The translations under genes were made by a program, and so were the position numbers. A stretch of 47,021 bases of DNA, from positions 1-47,021 of the IMG/VR virus record IMGVR_UViG_3300037991_003683; one strand, written 5' to 3'. The notes under the pieces are model-generated. The model worked only from the letters and a program-made list of their open reading frames with translations. It did no database searches and was not told the origin of the DNA. This document shows positions 1 to 9,000 of the stretch, piece after piece. The stretch is from a virus (Duplodnaviria; Caudoviricetes). Position 1 is the stretch's first letter. Each line of letters begins with the position of its first letter.

Positions 1-372
1 AACACTACCTATTAACATACCCTGAACAGAATGTCCTGATGGATAAGAAGGCGTTTTCATAGATTTTAAAACTATTGCTTTTAAATTTTTATCTAATTCA
101 TACGGTCTTTTTCTGTTGTGATGTTTCTTTAATTCTAATATCACAGGTGCAGACTCTTTTATAAGCTTTGAGGCAATATTTTTATCATAATCTTTTATAC
201 CTTGCTCTTCAGCAGTTTTTTTAAATGCAGATTCTATATCATCATATTTTTTAACAAAATCCTTACGTAGCGGTATTTTCTTTAAAGCTTTAATTTCTTG
301 ATCAGTATTAAAGCTATTATCACTAGGTGGTTTTTGTTTTTTAAAACTTGATATATCAAAGTCCTTTAACAC
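1..372 (-). CDS. PAP2-superfamily phosphatase / vanadium haloperoxidase-like protein (3' end runs off window)
   Basis: Not in the ORF track. Hand translation from GTG at 372 gives MLKDFDISSFKKQKPPSDNS...LKKHHNRKRPYELD...KTPSYPSGHSVQG, containing PAP2 motif 1 (KX6RP) and motif 2 (PSGH). The frame is open to base 1. Confidence 0.85.
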   Translation of the reverse strand, partial: MLKDFDISSFKKQKPPSDNSFNTDQEIKALKKIPLRKDFVKKYDDIESAFKKTAEEQGIKDYDKNIASKLIKESAPVILELKKHHNRKRPYELDKNLKAIVLKSMKTPSYPSGHSVQGMLIGSV

Positions 373-596
373 TTTCCTGCTTTTTGTGTTTTAGAAGCCC
401 ACATGTTTGCATATGCAGAAGGGTAAACTTTAAACTTTCTTTTCGCAGCAGCTTTACAACTAGCGCTAAGCTTAGCTAAAGTAGGACTTGTTTTCTTTAA
501 CATTTTATTTGGATTACCTTTACCACCATCAGCCATTGTTGCTTTTACGGCCATTTGCTGTTTACGTGGCATATCTTTTACTTTTGGATTTGGCAT
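366..596 (-). CDS. small basic phage protein (VYPSAYAN motif)
   Basis: 76-aa Lys-rich ORF, codirectional and tightly packed with its neighbours. Confidence 0.7.
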   Translation of the reverse strand: MPNPKVKDMPRKQQMAVKATMADGGKGNPNKMLKKTSPTLAKLSASCKAAAKRKFKVYPSAYANMWASKTQKAGKC

Positions 597-613
597 AGTT
601 TATATTTTTATTG

Positions 614-997
614 TTAACATTTCCATCTACGTCTAGCAGCTTTACCTCTTTCACCAGTCCAACCTTTTGATCTAGCGCAGAACGATTTTCTTCTTTTAGC
701 AGCCTTACTGCCTGGTTTAACTTTTCCTGTTACAGCTGTTTTAAGCTTGCTTCCAGGGTTTTTACGTCTATATTCTTTAACTCCTTTAGCGGTCATCCCA
801 GCACCCTCTTTGACTGTTCTAAAGTTACGACCTTTACCTTTTGTAGTTTTTCTAGGTTCGTTACTTTTTTTTCTTTTTTCTAACGGCGAACCATCATTTC
901 TTCTACGACCACAACTAGTAACGGCAAAAGGATTGTTTTTTTGAACATATCCTTTCGTTTTTTTAAACATACTGTTTTGTCTTTCGCTACCAGGCAT
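614..997 (-). CDS. highly basic phage protein (RRKSFCAR...RRRWKC; DUF6321-like)
   Basis: 127-aa K/R-rich ORF. GMTAKGVKEYRRKNPGSKLKTAVT...RRKSFCARS resembles a widespread phage family; the family name is recalled from memory. Confidence 0.7.
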   Translation of the reverse strand: MPGSERQNSMFKKTKGYVQKNNPFAVTSCGRRRNDGSPLEKRKKSNEPRKTTKGKGRNFRTVKEGAGMTAKGVKEYRRKNPGSKLKTAVTGKVKPGSKAAKRRKSFCARSKGWTGERGKAARRRWKC

Positions 998-998
998 A

Positions 999-1082
999 TT
1001 ATCTTACTTTACAAGCACACCAACCAAGACATACTTTACCAAAAGTTATTTTCTTTATAAGTTTACAAATTATTTCTTTCAT
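999..1082 (-). CDS. 27-aa cationic Cys-rich peptide
   Basis: Not in the track: MKEIICKLIKKITFGKVCLGWCACKVR*. It fills the gap between two genes exactly and has an A-rich leader (AAAAAAATAAATATG). Confidence 0.65.
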   Translation of the reverse strand: MKEIICKLIKKITFGKVCLGWCACKVR

Positions 1083-1094
1083 ATTTATTTTTTT

Positions 1095-1421
1095 TTAAAA
1101 GTCACTCATTAATTGATTATCTATTTCTTCTTGTACCTCTTCTTTCGTTGCTACCATTTTAAATGATAAGTCTGCTTGAAATCTAAATGCTTCCTCACCA
1201 TCTTTAAATATAATAATAGTAGGTACTACAGCTATTTTATGTTCTTTTTGTGCATCTACATCTTTAGCTACGTCTACATACCCTTTTGTTTTGCAGTCTG
1301 TTAAATCCATAAACCAAGTAACATCATTAGCACTATTCCAACCAGCGTTAAAGTGTTTTACTACTATTTGTCCAAAAGTAAAATTGCTAAATAGTAAAAA
1401 TAAAAATAATAGCTTTTTCAT
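1095..1421 (-). CDS. secreted thioredoxin-fold protein lacking CxxC
   Basis: Sec-type signal peptide (MKKLLFLFLLFSNFTFG/Q). VKHFNAGW, YVDV and IAVVPTIIIFKDGEEAFRFQ match the Trx fold including the cis-Pro loop. WNSA replaces WCxxC. Confidence 0.75.
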   Translation of the reverse strand: MKKLLFLFLLFSNFTFGQIVVKHFNAGWNSANDVTWFMDLTDCKTKGYVDVAKDVDAQKEHKIAVVPTIIIFKDGEEAFRFQADLSFKMVATKEEVQEEIDNQLMSDF

Positions 1422-1703
1422 TTATCTATCGTAAAGTTTATCTTCAATTTTCTCCAAAGACTCTTTTATTTCTTCAACGTCACTTTTTGTTTCCATAATA
1501 GTATTACGTATCATTTGGTCTTTCATATCAAACTCCATTCTAGTAACATCAGGTGGTAATGGTTCTGGTAATTCTTTTGCTTCAGCAATATCCGCTTGTA
1601 AAGCAAACCACATACCAATAACAGTTGCCATAGCAAAACCTATGCCTATTAATGTTTGTATGCTAACTTTAAAGCTAGTGTTTTCATCTAATTCTTTTGC
1701 CAT
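1422..1703 (-). CDS. single-TM membrane protein with C-terminal coiled coil
   Basis: Hydrophobic IQTLIGIGFAMATVIGMWFAL, a Pro-rich linker, and a heptad-like tail. Confidence 0.7.
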   Translation of the reverse strand: MAKELDENTSFKVSIQTLIGIGFAMATVIGMWFALQADIAEAKELPEPLPPDVTRMEFDMKDQMIRNTIMETKSDVEEIKESLEKIEDKLYDR

Positions 1704-1705
1704 GT

Positions 1706-1939
1706 TTATCTATTTGCTGTTCCGTATATTTTGTAAAAATCTCTTTTCTTTTGTTTTTCTGTTTGATTAGAGGTGTTAAATCTTATTGTTTTTTTAACTT
1801 CGTCTCTTGTTTTTCCACTCCAACCATATTTTTTTAATATTTCACTATTATCACCATCACTTGTGCCAAGTGGTATTTTATCTTTTAATGGGGATTTAAA
1901 AGGAAAGGTTGATTTTGTGTATTTTTGTTTGTATGCCAT
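1706..1939 (-). CDS. small basic protein (MAYKQK...SPLK leader)
   Basis: 77-aa ORF packed within the operon. Confidence 0.65.
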   Translation of the reverse strand: MAYKQKYTKSTFPFKSPLKDKIPLGTSDGDNSEILKKYGWSGKTRDEVKKTIRFNTSNQTEKQKKRDFYKIYGTANR

Positions 1940-1941
1940 TT

Positions 1942-3021
1942 TTAAAAAATTGTATAATTTAATCCTAACTTAAAATCGTACCACTCTCTATTCCAGTATT
2001 TATTATATTTTCCTTCTAAAAAATACCCTAACTGTCTGTTAACTTTTATACCGTATATTAATCCACCAGAATAATCATACCATTGTCCATCAACATAATT
2101 ATGATAGCTAAACTCACTACCGTCATCATAATGCCAAGGCATTAAACTAGCCCAAGCGTGTGTCCATGTTGTTTTAGAATATTTGTAATAATCAAAACCT
2201 ATAACAAATGAGTGTTGTATGGTTTTCTTTAATTCATTTCTTTTTCTTTGCGTATAATCAGATAACACTTGAGGTATTACAACTGCTTCCCAAACTTCAC
2301 CACTAGTTGCTACAACTTCACCTGCTGGATTATAATAAGTGTTGCTATACACATCTACCTCATAGCCTTCTTGTAACGCTAAATAAGTATAATGTAAATC
2401 ACCATTATCTAACATCCACTCGTCTAATGCGTTATAACCATAAGGTTCTGCAAGTCTATGAACAAGACCAACGTTCCAAGATAAATTTTTACCTTTACGA
2501 TGTCTATAACGTTCTGAGGCTTCAAAGTATTTTATATCAGCAAAACCATCTTCTAAATACTCTAACTTTAAAGCGAAAAAGTTTACGCATAGTTCGTCAG
2601 CACAACCCTCATCAGAACTAAATCTAATAAAATGATGTTGGTCTACATAGTCTACGCCCTCTTGTCTTTTATAATCTATTTCAAATAAATATTCAACTCC
2701 TTTAACCTTACCAACAGTGGCTGCATCACTGTAATTAGACTCCGTACCATCATAAAACACTTTTGCTTTGTTTTCATATCCAAACCTTGCTATTTTACGT
2801 AATCCTATGGTAAAATTATAATCATAAGGAGTTGATATAGTTTGTATAGATAAACCATTATCTACAGAAAATACATCAACGTCAGAAAGTGATGTACCAC
2901 CATTTACAGCAGCGTAAAAAGTGGAGTACTTTAATAAAGCCTTAATATCAATAGTTTTATCTGTTTGTGCTACAACTAAGTTTGACACAATTAACAGTAA
3001 TATTATTAGTTTTCTTACCAT
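1942..3021 (-). CDS. putative outer-membrane beta-barrel protein
   Basis: Signal peptide, Tyr/Trp/Gly-rich amphipathic strands, and a C-terminal DFKLGLNYTIF ending in Phe (BAM beta-signal-like). Confidence 0.6.
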   Translation of the reverse strand: MVRKLIILLLIVSNLVVAQTDKTIDIKALLKYSTFYAAVNGGTSLSDVDVFSVDNGLSIQTISTPYDYNFTIGLRKIARFGYENKAKVFYDGTESNYSDAATVGKVKGVEYLFEIDYKRQEGVDYVDQHHFIRFSSDEGCADELCVNFFALKLEYLEDGFADIKYFEASERYRHRKGKNLSWNVGLVHRLAEPYGYNALDEWMLDNGDLHYTYLALQEGYEVDVYSNTYYNPAGEVVATSGEVWEAVVIPQVLSDYTQRKRNELKKTIQHSFVIGFDYYKYSKTTWTHAWASLMPWHYDDGSEFSYHNYVDGQWYDYSGGLIYGIKVNRQLGYFLEGKYNKYWNREWYDFKLGLNYTIF

Positions 3022-3026
3022 CTTTT

Positions 3027-3055
3027 TATTATCACTTATTTTTTTAATTGTTTAC
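3027..3055 (-). promoter_or_regulatory. putative late promoter GTAAA-N15-GTGATAATA
   Basis: Intergenic. Same bipartite motif and spacing as 15882-15910 and 44792-44820. Confidence 0.6.
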
Positions 3056-3060
3056 TTTAT

Positions 3061-6000
3061 TTATCTTCTACTTTTTAATAAACTTTTTCTCCTAACCTCT
3101 TCTTTTGTTTGTCTTCTTTGCTTTTTTCTTTTCTTAGTATTAGCTTTATTAATTCTAATTTTTTCTTTAGCCTCTATAACAGCTTCATTATCACCTAAAC
3201 CTAAACTCCAAGTTGTATAACCACTAAAGAACATTATTCTTTGGAACATTGTATAGTCTTTATCAAGAGCATTACGCATGTTTATACTTTTTTGATATAA
3301 CCTGTTTGCTGGAAAATTAGTTAAAGCTTCCGTGTAGTTTGTTACAGCTGACCACTGAGGATTATCAGCATCAAACGTTTCCATTTCACGAATAACATTT
3401 TCATTATAGTTAATAGTTTTTTCTGCATTAACTAGTTTTCTAGCCTTAATACCAACAACAGGTGAAAAGTTTAATAATTCCATTAATACAGCACTTTCAT
3501 CTTTGTTGTAATTAGGTTCTCTTTGTTCTTTCCATTTTATAACAGCATTTTTTAAAGTAGAAAGCACAGCGCCATATATACCAGAGCCTCTTAATATAGA
3601 ATCTATAGTACCTTGTATAACTCTTTCTCTTTTCTTTAATACTTGATCTTCATCTTCATCTTCATCAAACATAACCGCAAATAAAGCTGTTTGTAAGCTG
3701 TAGAATATAACATTTTGTATTGCGCCATAATATAGTATTTTAGATAAATTACCTAAGTTACTCTGTGTTTTAGTTGTATAAGGTGGTGATATTCTACCTT
3801 TACCAATATCTAAAGCAGCCTTTTTAATTATTCTGTTATATTGTGAAGTTATATTCTGAAAGTTTAAAACTAACTTACCTATCCAACTAGCTTGCTGCTG
3901 TGATGTCATGTCAGGCCTTGAAGACTGCTGAGTTGATTGAGTTAAATCTTGAAAGTCTGTAAAAGCTTTAGCTTCAGCTTCTTTTTGTTTTAAACCATCT
4001 TTTACATATTTGTTTACTCTATTTCTATAATAAGTAGCACCACCAGTAGCAATCGCGATATTATCACCAATTTGTGTAGGTAAAAAACCTAATTTTAACA
4101 ATTTACCTATAATTACTTTTGTAGGGTTTTTTGAACCTTGAACTGCTTGCGCAAGATCAGCACCGTTAATATCAGTACCAATACCACCTCTTCTTTGTTT
4201 TAACATGTCAGAATTAAATATAAACGCGAAGTCAGCCCAGTATTGTTTTTGATTAGCAAAAGCTTTAGCAGCAGCAAATATATTATTATCTGCAAAGTTT
4301 ATATAGTTAACAATAGACATTTGCTGCAATATAGCTGATCTAGTATTGAAAAACATAACAGCACCAACAGATCCGTTTAAATAATTCATTAGCTTATTTA
4401 CTGTTCCAGTTTGTCCTTTTGGTCTGTTAACACCTGTTTTTATTCTATGTAATATATCTTCTAAAGCACTTCTAAAATCAGCTCCATAACCAGCTTCTAT
4501 TTTATTTAAATTTTCTTCAGAAAATAATACATCTGCATTTTCGTTAAATTCAGTAAAGTATTCTGCTCTACCAACTCTACCAGTAGCATCTATTAAATCT
4601 GTTTTTATATTACCACCTTCCCAACCTTGACCTGGTTCTACGTATTTATCTTGTTTAGATATTGTGTTTATAGTTTCAGCATAATCTCTTAATTCAGAAT
4701 CATTCATTACTAATTCTACTAAATTAGCTTGATCAGTTTCACTTAAACCAGGTATATTGTAACCATGTTTATTCCATAAATAAACCCTTATAGCGTCTTC
4801 AAAAATAAAATCACCATCTGGAGTTTTTTTATTAAGCTTATCTTTAACCTCTTTAAGCTGTTTGTTTAACTGTTTATAATCATTTGCTATAGCTTGTTTA
4901 GCTGTATCTATTTCTCTATAAGCTCTATTTAAAGGTCTAACTAAAGCTTTTTCAAAAAAGTCTCTATGTTTATCGCCTTGTCTACCTGTACCCATAAAGT
5001 TGTATAATAAACCTACAAAATCTTCGTGTGATGGTGGTATAAAAAATCTAAACTTACCTTTACTAGCACCACGTTTTCTAGCTTTAATAGCTGAAAAACG
5101 TTTAATAGCTTCAATACCAGTAACATCTTCTAGTATATTATTAAACTGATCGTTCATACCTTTGCTAAAATTAATCTTAGCTTGTTGTACTTTACGTTTA
5201 ACATCAAATTGTTCTAGCATGTTATCTACAGCTTTTACATTTTGAATAGCATCATCTGCAAAATAAAAATCATTATAACCTTCAGCAACTTTACCAGCTA
5301 TCCAATTAGCTTTAGCTTCAGCTGTAGAATTAGCAAGGCCTGTAATATTTTTTAAAGGTATATTTAAACCATTAGCTTTTAAAAATTCAAATATAGCTGG
5401 TGCAGATTCAGCAGGTCTAGCTGTTAATATAAACATATTTTCAGGACCAAACTTACTTTGTAGTTTTAAAGCTTTATTAAACAATGGCGCTGTTTTACCT
5501 TCAACAACTTTAGTAAACTCTGAAAAATCAAACTCATAACCTAACTCAGTTAAACTTTCATAAGTACTAGCGTATTGTTCAGCATTTAAAGTTCCTGTAG
5601 TACCATCTGGTCTAGTAAATCTAATCAAAGACTTACTTGTTGCTAGTGTATCATCAAAATCTAAAACAGTAATACCTTTAACCTCATTGTTTGTTGATCG
5701 AGAAAAATTTATAGAATTATTTAAATTGTCAAACTGTGTAGACTTGCTAAAAGGAATACCAACAAATTCATAACCTTTTTTACTTATAATTTCTTTTACT
5801 TCAGCTAACCCCATTATAGTATTTAAATCACCAGTTGTTTTGTGTTTTTTGTTTATCACTTCCACAATATCATTAGGTAATAAAACAGTTTTAGAATTAT
5901 CTATTATTTTTTCAACTTGACTTAAGTTTTTATCAGTAGGATTATTAACATATTTATTAGCAGCTTTAAGAAGTTTGTTAACAGGCTCTCTATGCTCTAA

Positions 6001-9000
6001 CGTTGTTTTACCTTTATAGTTTTTAATATAACCAATAAGCGGTGCTATTTTTCTAACTGGCCCAACCATATCAACGGATCCTAAAGTTAATCTAGCCATT
6101 TTTACTTCTGGATTTAATTTTGATTTAAGTATATTTAAAAACCATTTTTTAGCTTGTTCAGCCTCTTGTTTACTAGTTTCTATAAAGCTAGCTGGGTTTT
6201 GTTTTATTTCTATTATTTGAATATAAGTATCTAAATCTTCATTGTTATAAGTAATTTTTGTACCTTTATCAAGTTCTCTAAAACTAAAACCTTTTACATT
6301 TAAAGGTTTTATAATCAATTTAAACACTTGCTCGTTCGTGGTTATAGTTTTACCTTCATATTTAACTTTAGCTGTTCTTAAAGATTTACTATTATTTATT
6401 AACCAGTCTTTTATTATATTAACTTTTTTAGAGTCAGTTGTTGCTTTTTTAACATCTTCTTGAAGTTCTTTTACAGCGTTGTTAAATGCAATTTGTTTTA
6501 TCTTAACCTCTGTAATAATTTTTATTTGACCTAAAATATTAGACAAATGGTCTTTAGTAAAAACACCATCTGATAAAATACCTAATATATTATTGCCACT
6601 TCTCATGTAGCTAGTTGCGGCCCAAGTGTTATTAACTATATCTGAAAAAGTTAAACCATACTGTATGTTATCTAAAAATATTTCAAAAAAATCTTTTTCT
6701 AAACTTTCTTCTGGTAAACTATTTATTATATCTCTAACAGCAATTCTACTTTTTCTAACCTGATCTCTTTTCCCATCCATAAGAGTTGTCCACTTGTTGT
6801 TGTTAGCTAATAGATTATAATTAATAAAACCATTAGAAAACTTTATACTTAGATCTTGTTGTTCACCATTTATTTTTAAAGTTTGCAACTTGCCTGAACG
6901 TATATCTTCAATTGAACTTGCTAAACTAGCATTAAGCGTAATTTCTATAGCAACTTTTTGCCCTTGTAAATCATAATATCTTTCATACGCAGGAGTTAAA
7001 AACTCTAAATTTGTTTTTGTAAAACCTTTTGCTAAACTAGGATCATTAAATTCTTTAAAAAATCTTTGGTTAACAGTACCTTCTACCTTTATAGTTTCTT
7101 TACCTAAATCAGAAATATAATCTTTGTAAGTATTTGTTCTTTCGTAGCTAGTTATATTATCAAGATGAATAGCGTCTTCACCAAAAGTATTTTTTACTAC
7201 TTCTTTTTTGTCTTTATAAACTCTTGTTTCTTTATCAGATAACCTATCACCATTTTCATAAATACTAGTTACAGAAATATCAATACTAGGCGCTTCTGTA
7301 AGCTCGAACTGTCTACCATGTAATTTACCATTTTTAGTATTAGTTTCACTAATTATTACTCCGTCAATATTTTTTACTATAACGCTACCAGTCTTGCTAT
7401 TACCAACTACTTTTTCATATTTTAATATTTTTGGCTCTACACCAGGTTTTTTAAGTTGAGCTTGAACAACTGGTCTAAAACCATCTTTTGCTTTTTTACC
7501 TTTAACTATAGGCGCCGCAGTAGGATTGTCCATTCTATCCCACCATTGCATCTGATTACCATCTCTAAAAGAAATTAGCTTACCATTTTGAAAGGCTATT
7601 TGGTGGCCATTACCTTTTTTGTTGTAGCTTTTCCACAGATTAAAAGATTTTTTTAAAGATTCTCCTGGAGTCATACCTGTAACAAAAAACCTACCCTCAC
7701 CATCAGTAATAGCTTTTATATCTGTGTATTGATTATTTCCTTTAATCCATTTGTTAGCTTCTTTTTGAGCTTCTTTAAGTGTATTATGTTCATCACCAAG
7801 TTTAACTCGAGTTGGTGCTATTCTAGCGCACAAGCACCAAGGATTTGCTTTTTTACCAAAATGAGTATCAATTACTTTTCTAGTATCAAGTTGTCCTTGT
7901 TTTGAGTCTTCAACATCATAAACTACCACACCGTTAGTGTACTCTGTTTTGTTAGTAAACGTCTTAACGTTATCTGGATTAGTTCTAACAGCTTTAACTT
8001 GATCTACGTACGTTTCTATTAAAACGTTAGGATTTTTAAAAGAGAATGGATCTAACTTCTTTAGAGCAGCTATTCTTTCAGCTTCTATAACCTTATAACC
8101 ATCTTCAGGTAATATTAAGTAACCATTAGCCATGTAATGCATAGCTAATTTTTCATATTTACTTTTTTTATTATTAGGTATATCTTTACCATCTATAAAA
8201 TCAAATACGCTTTGCACAGCGTTTTTTCTTTGCTCTTCAGTAAGATCAGGTCTTCTTTTAGTTAGTTGTTTTTCGTATTGATCTCTATGAGCTTTTGAAA
8301 ACTTAATTTGAGAATAAACGTTTACATCGCCAATACCATTCATTGCATCTAAAATATCAACATCGGCTGTTGTTTTAGAAAACTTAACACCAACCTCTCT
8401 ACCAATAGCAGCGCCTAACTCAGCCGCACTTAATGAGCTAGCGTTCATATTAGCAATTCTATCTTGAACTTCAATAGATTGTTCAGCCTCCATTATAGCA
8501 TCAGTAACTAAACTATTTACCATACGCATTACAATACCATCTTTTCTAGTACCTTTTAAACCTTGTCTAGCGCCAGTAACAGGATTGATACCCGGTTGAT
8601 CTGCAAAACTAACGAGTTCAGTTTCTGTAGGCATTATTTTTTGATATAGATTTACAGAGTAAGCACCTTTACCTGTTTTTTTATCTCTAGTAATCTTGTT
8701 TAAAGCGTCAGGTGGTAATTGTTGTTTGTTAACAGCATCTTGTACTTGATCTTTAGATGTTAGTGTTGCTACGAATTTTGTAAAAATTCTATCAACCTCA
8801 GGTATCTTTTTTTCCATCTGCACTAAGTCAGCTGTAGATATATTTTCAAAAATAACTTCTCTATATTTTTTCAACTGAGATATGTAAATATCTTTTGTGC
8901 CTCTAGCTACTTTTGCTTCTGACACACCGTAAGTTATAAAGTTTTTAATTTGTTTAAACAAAGGACTATTAAGATTACTGTACTCTTTTTTCATTTTAGT

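Noticed and set aside
130-150. Fourth late promoter (CTGTGATATTA on the minus strand)
   Set aside because: It lies inside the PAP2 coding frame and lacks GTAAA at the 15-bp spacing.
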